55,043 nt of DNA from the IMG/VR virus record IMGVR_UViG_3300048838_000123, positions 1 through 55,043 of that record; one strand, written 5' to 3'. Numbering within the stretch: the stretch's first letter is position 1; every line of letters starts with the position of its first letter. A model generated the notes under the pieces. That model was given only the letters and a program-made list of their open reading frames with translations. It made no database searches and was not told the DNA's origin. The stretch comes from a virus (taxonomy: Duplodnaviria; Caudoviricetes). Of this stretch, positions 9,397 to 18,605 are shown piece by piece. The position numbers were made by a program, and so were the translations under genes.

Positions 9397-9729
9397 CTAC
9401 CTCGTTGGCTGTGCGATTGGCTGGACCTCGCCGACGGTCAACAACCAATAGAGCTTGGCGATCAAGATGCGCGACAGGTGCCCATCTGTGCCATGGCCGT
9501 AGTTGAGTGCGTACGTTGCCGCGAACTCACACTCCGCTCGCTCGCGCTGCGTTAGCGACGCTGCGAGGTTCGCTTTGCGTTCGGCGGCTACTTCCCATGC
9601 TGACTGCACGCGATCGCCCAACTCGGCCCACGGCGGAATCGGTTTGCCTGTCGCGCCGCTGATGCCATCCATCGCTGCGGCGTACACTTCGAACAATGCT
9701 TGACCAGGTGTTTTTGCTTGTTGAGTCAT
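9397..9729 (-). CDS. Hypothetical phage protein
   Basis: Tightly packed ORF after the capsid gene; TPGQ..FE.Y...PPWAEL....AW motif. Confidence 0.7.
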   Translation of the reverse strand: MTQQAKTPGQALFEVYAAAMDGISGATGKPIPPWAELGDRVQSAWEVAAERKANLAASLTQRERAECEFAATYALNYGHGTDGHLSRILIAKLYWLLTVGEVQPIAQPTR

Positions 9730-9758
9730 TTAAGCCCCCACGGCTATTGCCCCTTCAA

Positions 9759-11192
9759 TTACGCGGTGTACACAGTTGGCGGATACAGGCTCGGCGCGAT
9801 GCCGACCGTGTTGCCGCCATTGTAGAACCGATTGCCATCACCAGGGAAGCCACTGCGCGTCAGTTGCAACGGCGTGTACTTGACACTGGTAAAGCGAGTC
9901 GCGAGGAACGGAGTGTCCAAGCGAACGCGGCTGCGTTCAGTCGCATCCATGCTGACACAGAAACCGTTCTTGCGGCGGTTCCAGATCCAGCGGCCACCAT
10001 CGCTCGTCATGATCTCATCGCCGGCCGACATCGTGTTGCGAACAGCGCGTGCATCTTCGTTGTCGTAGTCGTAGTACTCGACATACAGTGCAGGCATGCT
10101 GCCAATCACACGCAGCGGCACGCGATAGATCGAAGCGCTGAACTCACCACCGGCGCCTTCGGTCTCGCGGATCGTGTCGTCGATGATGACTTCGTAGCGC
10201 TTGCCATCGATCGTCAAGAAGTTGCCCATGCGCATTTCGTCAGTCATGCGGCGCATGTCTTCGGCATTGACGTTCGCGGTCAGCGACGTGTTCTCGCTGA
10301 AGCAACGATTGGTCAAGTACGAGCAAGGCCAGATCGCAGTCAGTTCGTAGAACATCATCTCCGGCATCACGTACACGAACTCGACAGGATCGAGACCAGT
10401 GCGTGAAGCCAAGTGGCGCGCGCGGCGATTGTCGTACGTCAACAGCTCGACGAACGTTTGGCCATTGGTGCGAATGTTGTAGTTCACCGGCAGCACGATC
10501 GCGTCTGCGCTTGGCAGATACGCGCCCGTCTCGGCATCCTGGTAACCAGTGTTGATCAGGGTGTCGAGGCCGCGGAACTCAGCATACGCGCCAGTGTTGT
10601 TCGACGGGTTGCCTTCCCACAGCAAGCGGGCCCACACATCGCGACCCCATGCCACGTACAGCTTGAACAGCTCGGCATCGAGTTCGCGATTGAGAATGTT
10701 GGCCATCCCGCCCGGCATGGTCGGCGCTGCCTTGTTGAATGACGGATCCGGACCACCAATGAGGCGGAAGTCCTTGAACTCGCCGCGGTTCTTCACAGCA
10801 CCAAGATCGCCTGACAAGTCGAGCGTCTTCGTGCTCAAGCAGGTCTTGCCGAACACGGACGTGATCTTGCCAGTCTTGAGATCACCTGCGACTTGGCACG
10901 GCGAGCAGTTGTCGACCTGCTTGTCGCCAGTGATCGCCTTCTGCCCAGTCAAGAACGCCACGAGTGGGCGCATCTCGTTGGTGCCTGTTACCGGCAAGCG
11001 AGCCAACAGGCCAAGCTTGGGCAACACCATCGTATTGAACACATCACGGTTGAGGCCGTACGTGTTCATCATACCAGTCATGCCATGCATCCACTGGTTG
11101 TTTGCTGTGCCGCTTGCGTCACCGGCCTTGAAGCTCATCAGAGCGTCATAGGCTTGCGCGAGCTGCAACGCTTGTGCTGAAACCTTATCCAT
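9759..11192 (-). CDS. Major capsid protein
   Basis: 477 aa after protease and scaffold; GGAGG SD; LWEGNP...EFRGLD motif typical of HK97-fold capsids. Confidence 0.8.
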   Translation of the reverse strand: MDKVSAQALQLAQAYDALMSFKAGDASGTANNQWMHGMTGMMNTYGLNRDVFNTMVLPKLGLLARLPVTGTNEMRPLVAFLTGQKAITGDKQVDNCSPCQVAGDLKTGKITSVFGKTCLSTKTLDLSGDLGAVKNRGEFKDFRLIGGPDPSFNKAAPTMPGGMANILNRELDAELFKLYVAWGRDVWARLLWEGNPSNNTGAYAEFRGLDTLINTGYQDAETGAYLPSADAIVLPVNYNIRTNGQTFVELLTYDNRRARHLASRTGLDPVEFVYVMPEMMFYELTAIWPCSYLTNRCFSENTSLTANVNAEDMRRMTDEMRMGNFLTIDGKRYEVIIDDTIRETEGAGGEFSASIYRVPLRVIGSMPALYVEYYDYDNEDARAVRNTMSAGDEIMTSDGGRWIWNRRKNGFCVSMDATERSRVRLDTPFLATRFTSVKYTPLQLTRSGFPGDGNRFYNGGNTVGIAPSLYPPTVYTA

Positions 11193-11249
11193 GTGTTTAA
11201 TGTCCTCCGTTACGAACCGATTTTGTCACCAGCATCGTAGCAACAAGTG

Positions 11250-11873
11250 CTACTGCTCAGCGCCTACCTTACCCTGCACCCAGAAGTTCACCAACGGGTT
11301 GACTGCAGGCACAACCTGTGGCGGAGCCGGCGGAAGCTGTGTGCCTTCGCCATTGTTGTCGGCCGACTTGTTCGTCACGCTCTTACCGCTGCCGGTTGGC
11401 GCGCCACCCTCGAGAACGTTGATCCGCTGTTCCATCTTGTCGACGATGTCAGCGATCGCCTTCATCGTAACGAACATCGGTTCGAGGCTCTTGGCCGTGA
11501 CTGGCACCTGCTCGCCGAAGTCAACCTTCGCGGCGATCGGTGTCGTCGCCATTGCCTGCGCCAGCAACTGGTTGAAGAGCCCGCCGAACTCTGCAACTGT
11601 CAGGTCGCCAACGTAGTCCTGTTCGGTCACGACGTCTGCCGGCTTGTCGTCTTTCTTCTCAGTCTCAGGCGCTGCCGGAGCTTCCGCGACCGGCGTCTCG
11701 GTTACGTCCTGTGACTTGAAGGTCGCGCCACTCGCGTCTGCCTTCATCTGAATCTGCTCCGCACCACCAAGAACGGTTTCGATCTTTGCGAAGTCGTCCC
11801 CGAGTAGTGCCTTGAGCGCCGCCGTCTTGATTGGATTCATCGCGGCTGCTTGCTGCTGCTGTCCGTTCGACAT
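11250..11873 (-). CDS. Scaffold protein
   Basis: Between protease and capsid; Ala/Pro/acidic-rich with coiled coil; AGGAGG SD. Confidence 0.7.
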   Translation of the reverse strand: MSNGQQQQAAAMNPIKTAALKALLGDDFAKIETVLGGAEQIQMKADASGATFKSQDVTETPVAEAPAAPETEKKDDKPADVVTEQDYVGDLTVAEFGGLFNQLLAQAMATTPIAAKVDFGEQVPVTAKSLEPMFVTMKAIADIVDKMEQRINVLEGGAPTGSGKSVTNKSADNNGEGTQLPPAPPQVVPAVNPLVNFWVQGKVGAEQ

Positions 11874-11874
11874 A

Positions 11875-13176
11875 CTATCCTCCTGTCACTATGAAGCCCG
11901 TGAATTGGTTTGCTGCCGCGCCGGCTGGTACGACCGAGCGCTCGAAGATTCGAATGTTTGAGAACACTCCGTCGACCGGCTCGTCTGGCGGATGCGTAAA
12001 GCCGATGCTGACCTTGAGCTTGTGGGCGTTACGGGCAAACACGTCCGCAAGTTCAGGCGATCGAAATGTTCCACTCTCGACGAGCACACGCCCATGCATT
12101 GCCATGAAGTCGGTGTCGCCGATGTCCCAACCTGGACCAGCTTTCGCCGTTGTCCAGTCAAGAGCCTTATGCTCGATTAGGCCTGTGTGCCATATACGCA
12201 ACGGGCCGTAGTGGCCTTCAACGTCGGCCCAGTTAACTGCTGTCTCCAATGCTCTCTGTGATACGATCTCCTGCTCAACATCTTGATACGGTGTTGAGGA
12301 ATACGTGATCCAACGCATGGCTCCGTTGGCGTCCTTGAAGACTACAAACGGAGATGACTTGATGGCTGTTTGAGGCTCCCCTTGAGAGAGCCTGGCTCTA
12401 GCTTGCTCAACCAGCTTCTCAACACCGGGTCTCAAGTCGTCCGGTAGATCCTGTACTTGGAGCGAAAGTTCCTCAAGCCTGTTCTCAAGCCTGAGCCGCT
12501 GTTCGTCAGACTTCGGCTCACGCGCCGTCAACTCTTCGAGCCTGTTCTCTATCCGCACGGCTCTACGTTCGCTCATGGTCTGCTGTCGTTGAGCCTGTGC
12601 TTGAGAGCGTTCGTCTCTACGCTGTTGAGCCTCAGCGGCTCTAGCGGCTCTAGCTTGATCACGTTCGGATCTACGTTGATCTCTAGCGGACTGTCGTTGG
12701 ACTCTCTCGTTGTCTCTAGCACGAGACTCTTGGACCTTGGCTAGAGCCGCTGTGACTCCAGCTGCGTCTCCACGACGGACGGCGTTTGAGAATTGCCGTC
12801 CAGCGGGCGTCATCACGATTGAGCCATCATCGGCTCTAGTAGCGAATCCACGAGCCACAAGTCGCTCAGCCGTTTGAGCGTCGACCTGTCCGTTCTTCTT
12901 GAGCAGCTCTGCGTCCGCTAGATCCTGGCGTGAGGCTCCGAGCTGCCTCAACTTGTCGTCCGTTAGAGTCTTGTCGAGCTTACCCCGCTTGCCTCCGCCT
13001 CTAGGCTTTGGAGCGACACTGGATCCAAGAGGCACAGCTCCTACTCTCGCGAACCGTCCATCAGGTCCTCTGCCTAGGTTGCCTACGATGGCTTCGCCTG
13101 CACCGGCGTTCCACTTCGGAGCCTTTAGAGAGACGATCGCTCTATTCAGTTGACGCCGTAGCTCTCTCAATTGCAT
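11875..13176 (-). CDS. Prohead maturation protease (HK97/S78-like) with long basic N-terminal extension
   Basis: C-terminal LRIWH, KVSIGF, IFERSVVP..AAN motifs; N-terminal RGPDGRF and R/Q/A-rich coil. Confidence 0.8.
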   Translation of the reverse strand: MQLRELRRQLNRAIVSLKAPKWNAGAGEAIVGNLGRGPDGRFARVGAVPLGSSVAPKPRGGGKRGKLDKTLTDDKLRQLGASRQDLADAELLKKNGQVDAQTAERLVARGFATRADDGSIVMTPAGRQFSNAVRRGDAAGVTAALAKVQESRARDNERVQRQSARDQRRSERDQARAARAAEAQQRRDERSQAQAQRQQTMSERRAVRIENRLEELTAREPKSDEQRLRLENRLEELSLQVQDLPDDLRPGVEKLVEQARARLSQGEPQTAIKSSPFVVFKDANGAMRWITYSSTPYQDVEQEIVSQRALETAVNWADVEGHYGPLRIWHTGLIEHKALDWTTAKAGPGWDIGDTDFMAMHGRVLVESGTFRSPELADVFARNAHKLKVSIGFTHPPDEPVDGVFSNIRIFERSVVPAGAAANQFTGFIVTGG

Positions 13177-13636
13177 CGTTAATCTCCCGCGTCATAGTGC
13201 GCCTGAACTGCTTCTCGGCTTTGTCCACGATGATACGCAACGCGTGTCGTGGGCGAATGCCTGGGTGGTTGACCTCTTTGGCGACGACGAACATCTTACC
13301 TTTAGAACCCTTGACCGCAACGCTGCGACCAGGAATCGTCTTCGGCTTCCCGCCCATGAAGAACTTCAAACGGCCATTGCGCCGCTTGGGTCTGATCTTG
13401 TATGGCTTGGTACCTTCGTCAATCCACTTGACTCGCTTGTCACGAGTCTTGATCCGAATGTAGTCCTTACCGATCTTGGTCTCCCACTTAGGTTGCTTGT
13501 TCCACGTCTGCGTGAACTTGTCTAGGCCATCGCGAGCGACCTTCTCGGTCTCCTTGAACGACTTGTGCAGCGCCTGCTTCATCTTGAAGCCAGACGGTAT
13601 GCGACGGCGGGGCATGATAGCCTTGACCTTATACAT
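13142..13636 (-). CDS. HK97 gp10-like basic neck/morphogenesis protein
   Basis: WIDEGTKPYKIRPK...LKF...AKEVNHPGIRPR motif. Confidence 0.7.
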   Translation of the reverse strand: MYKVKAIMPRRRIPSGFKMKQALHKSFKETEKVARDGLDKFTQTWNKQPKWETKIGKDYIRIKTRDKRVKWIDEGTKPYKIRPKRRNGRLKFFMGGKPKTIPGRSVAVKGSKGKMFVVAKEVNHPGIRPRHALRIIVDKAEKQFRRTMTREINDAIERATASTE

Positions 13637-15555
13637 TACTTCTTCCGCTTACGCATCCAGCTACGTGGCGGCTTAGTCTGTGCCGCTCGCGTGATCTTCT
13701 CTGCGCCTGGGTAGTCTTCAACGTCAATGAACTTGTCGTTGGTCTGCATGTCGACGTTGCGCTGCATCGCCTCGCGTTGTGCACGGGTCATCTTCAGTGC
13801 CTTCTCGACCCAGTCTTGCGCCTTAGCACCTGATACGTACTTGGCGTAGATCGTCTTGTTACCGATCTGGAACTTGAGCGCCTTGCCTTTCGCCTTGATT
13901 GGGTGTCGTCCAAAGAGCACACTCCTGATGGCTACCTCAGGGCGGTTGGCGTTGCCAACGTACACCTTCAGCGTCATCGCGCGAGTGCCCTTCTGCTCAA
14001 CTTGCCAGCGTAGTGTCCTAGCGGTCTCACCTGTTCGCTGAGGGATCAAAGGCTGTGCTGCCTGTGTAAAGATCCGGCCGTACTCGGCGAAGTCTTTTGC
14101 AACGGCTTTCAGGTACGCCTCTTCTTCTGCCGACATCGGGCCACGCTTACGTGACTTGGGCACAGCCATGCTCAGGACCTCAGTCGCCTTGATGGTGACC
14201 ATCTCTCCTTGAGCCTGAGCCGGAGCGACTTGAGCCTGAGCCTGAGCCAACATTGGAGAGACCTGCTCTCCAGCCGTTGGCTTGTCATTTTCGTCGAGCT
14301 GCTCACCAAATGCGTTTGGATCCTGTACGACCTCCTCCGGGAGATCGCCTTCCCTCACAGCCATCTGTCTAGCGATCTCAGGCGTGATCTCGCCGGAGGC
14401 AATTTGAGCCGCTCGAGTATCAGCGCGGAGCTTCGCGATCTCAGCCTTGGCTCTCTGGTCGGCTAGGTCTTTCTCCGACCACGAGAACGTAGTACGGTTC
14501 AATGGATGCCAACGATCGGTGTCGTTAAAGAAGTGCAAGAGCTGTTCGCGTAGTGCAATCATGCCCTTGCTGTCTTGCTTGTCCTGCAACACCTGTGCCT
14601 GGCTACCTGCGCCCAACGATCGATTGCCGATCAGGCGTGGGTCCAAGTCAGTTGGATCGATGCCAAGTGCCGTCGCGAACTCGATCGTTACTTCCTGTTG
14701 GTGTGCCGATTGGTCGAACCAGTCAGGCAACGACGCGAACGGAATCTCGACCATGCTCACGCTCTGGGAACCTGTGTCGCCCCAGATCGCTGCACCAATG
14801 CGGGCAATGTTACCTGACACATCGGCCTGTGCTTGCGCGTCGGCCATCGCTTTGTTAATCGTGTCTTGGCGAATGCCGGCGACCAAGTACAAGCTCTGCG
14901 GCTTACGGCCTGTTGCCTTCTCTTTGAAGTAGGCAGCCACAGCCATCTGTTCGTAGATCTTGTCGTACACACGGCTCGTTGCACACAGCCCAACACCGTA
15001 GATCAACTGCTGTGGCATGTCACTGAACGCTGCAACCTGATGTGCGCGCAGGTCATGTAGCTTGCCAAGGCGATCAACGTACTGAACAGGGATCTCCGGA
15101 TCGCCTGTCCGCCAACAACGAAAGGTCGACAGCGGCACGAGGCCGAGCATCTTACTGCCTGGCGACTTGCTCGCACGCACAACCTCAACAAACGCACCGT
15201 TGTCGGTCGTGCACCAATCGCGTGCGATACTGGATGCCATTGGCGCCCAGTCGCGGTTCAGCATTGTCAACGCTTCTTTAGCACGTGCCTGGAACTTACT
15301 CTCGACATCGTAGCCGAGTGTAGCGATGCGTGTGCTCGCAATATGCACAGCGCTCGCCCACAAGCCACAATGGATGTAAGCGCCCCAAAGCGTAATGTCG
15401 CGATGCGGCGTCCAGTACTGTGGAAGCGTGTACGGCAAAGACCGAATCAAGGGGGCGTCGCCCATTGGTCGAAAGAACACAGCCGTGGGGCCGAGCTGTT
15501 CGACCTCTTCACGAGTCACGCTCTTCTTGATCAGGTCAGCGTCAATAGTCGTCAT
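13636..15555 (-). CDS. Portal protein with C-terminal HK97 gp10-like domain
   Basis: Start refined to 15555 (TGATG overlap with endolysin stop). DNGAFVEVVR, YGVG.CATSR, ALGIDP portal-like motifs. C-terminal PQRTGETARTL...LFGRHPIKAKGKALKF...IYAKYVSG. Confidence 0.8.
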   Translation of the reverse strand: MTTIDADLIKKSVTREEVEQLGPTAVFFRPMGDAPLIRSLPYTLPQYWTPHRDITLWGAYIHCGLWASAVHIASTRIATLGYDVESKFQARAKEALTMLNRDWAPMASSIARDWCTTDNGAFVEVVRASKSPGSKMLGLVPLSTFRCWRTGDPEIPVQYVDRLGKLHDLRAHQVAAFSDMPQQLIYGVGLCATSRVYDKIYEQMAVAAYFKEKATGRKPQSLYLVAGIRQDTINKAMADAQAQADVSGNIARIGAAIWGDTGSQSVSMVEIPFASLPDWFDQSAHQQEVTIEFATALGIDPTDLDPRLIGNRSLGAGSQAQVLQDKQDSKGMIALREQLLHFFNDTDRWHPLNRTTFSWSEKDLADQRAKAEIAKLRADTRAAQIASGEITPEIARQMAVREGDLPEEVVQDPNAFGEQLDENDKPTAGEQVSPMLAQAQAQVAPAQAQGEMVTIKATEVLSMAVPKSRKRGPMSAEEEAYLKAVAKDFAEYGRIFTQAAQPLIPQRTGETARTLRWQVEQKGTRAMTLKVYVGNANRPEVAIRSVLFGRHPIKAKGKALKFQIGNKTIYAKYVSGAKAQDWVEKALKMTRAQREAMQRNVDMQTNDKFIDVEDYPGAEKITRAAQTKPPRSWMRKRKK

Positions 15556-17531
15556 CAGAACTCCAAGAAGTCCATGTACTGCGACACGCCGTAGCCCGCA
15601 GTCCACTTAGGATCGTTCGGGTGGCCAGTGAACAAGCACACGCCCCGCATTGGCGATGGTTGGCCAAGCACAGGCTGGCTTAGCGTCTCTTTGATGACGC
15701 GGCACATGTCACGCACCTGCTCGCCAGTAAGGTTGTGTGCAGGCACACCTCCTACTCCGCCTTCATCGATGCCGCCTTCGCCACTAACGATCTTGCGCTG
15801 CTTAACATCGAAGCCGCAGTGCGTGAAGTACCAATGCCAACGATTGGCGAACCAAACTGGATCGATCCAACCAGATGCACGTGTAACCATGCGCGCGTTG
15901 TCTTGATCGACTTCGTCAATTGCCCAGCTGGCGCGATGGCCATTGCGACCAACGTTGCCAACTACTTTGACTTCGCGACCAGTCAGCGATCTGGACGCAG
16001 GCGGACGCATGTGCGCATTGGGCCAGTAGGTGTGGTAGTCCCACCAGAAGTACGCGTTGGTGTTATACAGCTGTGCGTACGTTGCCTTAAAGAACTCGGC
16101 GAGCTCTGGACTCAGGTCTGGATTGCCCATTGCGACGGCGCCACCTGCGTAGTGTTGTCCTGCGCGGGCACACATCTCTGCTAGGTCGCGTTCGATCGGC
16201 CAACGCTTCTTGTAGTCGTCGAGCTGCCAGCAACCGATCTGGTCGCCTTCGTTCATTGCTGTAACAATGACACCGGGATGGAAGGCCGACTTCAACATGT
16301 CGAACCACGCCGCTGCGGATGGCGATGAACCAGTCTGCGGTGTCCAACGACGGAACAGAACGCGACCGCCACGGGGCAGCACTGTGTCGGCAAGTCGCTT
16401 TGCAAAGACCTCGTCGTCGATTACAAGGAACCAGTTGGCACCTCGCGACGCTGCGTCTAGCGCAACGATCTGCGGCGCAGTACCGCCAGCGTTGGAGTTC
16501 AACATGTTGAAGCCGATACCCACCGCCTGTACCGGTGGGGGCGGCGGAGGCGGTGGGGTGCCAACAACAACACTTCGCTTAACTCGTGCGCCTGTCGACG
16601 TTACGATTTCAACGTTGTGTGTGCCAGCCGGAAGTGTGTGTGAACTGTGACCCTCCACGCCGTTACCGTTAAGGTACGCAGCCTGGACGAAGTCGATGTC
16701 AAGACGTAGAACGTTGTTCGTCACAGTCATGTCCCAGCGCCACTGGTGTTTGTTAACCAACGCCGGCGCCAAATGCGGCGACAGCTGTGGCGTGGGGTCG
16801 AAGATGTTGTTAGGCCACTTCTGTCCCTTGGCGTCAGTGTAGGTCTTGCCGACCTTCTTCAGCGTAAGATGTAAGTGGCTGCCTGAGGAGTTGCCCGTGT
16901 TGTTGGCGATGCCGATAAGGTTGCCCGCGAGCACCTTCTGGCCAACCTTAACACGCGTCTCGAGCAGGTGTGCATAGATCGTAACGTCGCCATCAGCATG
17001 CAGTAGCTGAACATAGCGACCATACGCGCCATCGGCGTTGTTGTCAGCGATCTGCACAGTGCCGTCGTCCACAGCCACGACCAGGGCACCAGTCGGCGCA
17101 CGCAGGTCAATGCCTTCGTGACCAGGCAAACCGAACTGTGCATAGGCTGCAGGGTTGGCACCGAACGGTTGTGTGACCACGCGCCCTTCGCCGGCAACGG
17201 GATAACAAGCGAAGGGCGCGCCAGGCGGTGGTACATCAGGAGTTGTGTCGCCTGACTCCCAGGAGAGGGGACCGGGAGCGATCACGGCAAAGTGCTTAAC
17301 GAGCGAGTCGATCTCGGCAGCACTATAGCCCCAGAAAATAACGTGTCGTGATTTGCTTGCCAGGTATTGCACACCCGCATCGACAAGATATACATTGCCC
17401 ATGCCATCGTGCAACGACCACATGACTGATTGGCGCGAGGTGAAAGCCTTCGCGAGGACCTCTTGACACTTGGCAAGAGGGAGTGCAGGATTGAGCAGAT
17501 GCACAACCCGATCATAGGTTACTTGGGCCAT
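15555..17531 (-). CDS. Endolysin: M23 peptidase plus C-terminal glycoside-hydrolase-like domain
   Basis: HEGID, YAHL, HLH (M23 HxxxD/HxH); poly-Pro linker; MNE...DYHTY...SGEGG TIM-barrel-like motifs. Confidence 0.85.
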   Translation of the reverse strand: MAQVTYDRVVHLLNPALPLAKCQEVLAKAFTSRQSVMWSLHDGMGNVYLVDAGVQYLASKSRHVIFWGYSAAEIDSLVKHFAVIAPGPLSWESGDTTPDVPPPGAPFACYPVAGEGRVVTQPFGANPAAYAQFGLPGHEGIDLRAPTGALVVAVDDGTVQIADNNADGAYGRYVQLLHADGDVTIYAHLLETRVKVGQKVLAGNLIGIANNTGNSSGSHLHLTLKKVGKTYTDAKGQKWPNNIFDPTPQLSPHLAPALVNKHQWRWDMTVTNNVLRLDIDFVQAAYLNGNGVEGHSSHTLPAGTHNVEIVTSTGARVKRSVVVGTPPPPPPPPVQAVGIGFNMLNSNAGGTAPQIVALDAASRGANWFLVIDDEVFAKRLADTVLPRGGRVLFRRWTPQTGSSPSAAAWFDMLKSAFHPGVIVTAMNEGDQIGCWQLDDYKKRWPIERDLAEMCARAGQHYAGGAVAMGNPDLSPELAEFFKATYAQLYNTNAYFWWDYHTYWPNAHMRPPASRSLTGREVKVVGNVGRNGHRASWAIDEVDQDNARMVTRASGWIDPVWFANRWHWYFTHCGFDVKQRKIVSGEGGIDEGGVGGVPAHNLTGEQVRDMCRVIKETLSQPVLGQPSPMRGVCLFTGHPNDPKWTAGYGVSQYMDFLEF

Positions 17532-17983
17532 CTTACGTTGGGTCTCCTACGTTGTACAATGTCGTGGAGGTCTTTGAATAGTCCACGTTGCTTGGCTGCG
17601 ACGACCAAGTGTGTCGCCTGCAGCTCGCGAGTGTCGCCTGCTGGTCGGTCCAGTGCCAGCTCCATCGCGAGTAGTTCGATCTCGTCTTCGCTGAAGTGTT
17701 CGTAGATCAATTGGCCAGTTGTCCACACCGCGTTGGTCTGGGTCGGCTTTATCGGCTGTTCGCCCATCTGCTCTAGCTGGGCTTCCAGTATAGCATTGCG
17801 GCGTTCAAAGTATTCAATTAAGTCGTGCGATGATCCTGCAGTGCGCGCTGCTGCTTCGGCTACATCACGTGCAGCCTGTGCCATTTCACTATCGCTGGTT
17901 CGCTGCTTGCGAAACAATGCTAACGCGCTGACTGCTATCGCCAATGCTGTCAGTATGTACGGGAAGATGGTTAGCGCGTCCAA
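17519..17983 (-). CDS. Single-TM coiled-coil protein with C-terminal effector-associated (EAD7-like, Death-like) domain
   Basis: N-terminal TM, then LIYEHFSEDEIELLAMEL...GDTRELQATHLV....RG....L..IVQRRRPNVRW. Confidence 0.7.
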   Translation of the reverse strand: MDALTIFPYILTALAIAVSALALFRKQRTSDSEMAQAARDVAEAAARTAGSSHDLIEYFERRNAILEAQLEQMGEQPIKPTQTNAVWTTGQLIYEHFSEDEIELLAMELALDRPAGDTRELQATHLVVAAKQRGLFKDLHDIVQRRRPNVRWPK

Positions 17984-18275
17984 TTGTGTATGCCGCCCCT
18001 CGCGACAATGCGATCAAGTACACAAGTAGCGCCCCCACAGCATGTATGTCGATTGCAATGCCCCAGTGCAATACCAATCTTGACATCTCAGGTCCTGTGA
18101 CCAACCCCCAGTGGTATGCATTAGCTACTAACAGAAACAGCGTCGCGTTGGCCAAGAACATAAGAGCCCAGATGGCCCACTTGGAACGCCAAGTGATGAC
18201 TAGCACACCCAGGCATACCAATGTGACGAACAGGTCAACGAGACGCAGGTACGGTACTACGGGAGCGTTCATCAC
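17889..18275 (-). CDS. Membrane protein (3 TM), holin/antiholin candidate
   Basis: Three hydrophobic segments; AAGGAGG SD; in lysis cassette. Confidence 0.6.
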   Translation of the reverse strand: MMNAPVVPYLRLVDLFVTLVCLGVLVITWRSKWAIWALMFLANATLFLLVANAYHWGLVTGPEMSRLVLHWGIAIDIHAVGALLVYLIALSRGAAYTIGRANHLPVHTDSIGDSSQRVSIVSQAANQR

Positions 18276-18604
18276 GCCTCCTTTCGTAGACTCCGCTCCT
18301 TCCGGCCTTCGCGTACTTCATAGGGAAGCGTAGCGGCCGTCAATGAACCAAAGCCCAACACCGTCGCAACGATGACGTGGTAGACAAAGTCAGCGATCGA
18401 GTTCAGCTCGCACGGTATCCCCTGGATCGCACGTCCACACGACAGGATGATGTACAGAACTCCGATCAACAATGCCACACCGCCTTTCACAGCTGCCTTC
18501 TCGTCATCGGGCAGGCTCGCTAGTTTCTTGCCGAGCGGCGGGATGACGGCGATCACAACTGCAATGCCGGTCGTTGTTAAGGTAGCCAGTTCAGTCGCGT
18601 TCAT
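18272..18604 (-). CDS. Holin candidate
   Basis: 110 aa, three hydrophobic segments, charged basic C-terminus, upstream of endolysin. Confidence 0.6.
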   Translation of the reverse strand: MNATELATLTTTGIAVVIAVIPPLGKKLASLPDDEKAAVKGGVALLIGVLYIILSCGRAIQGIPCELNSIADFVYHVIVATVLGFGSLTAATLPYEVREGRKERSLRKEA

Positions 18605-18605
18605 C

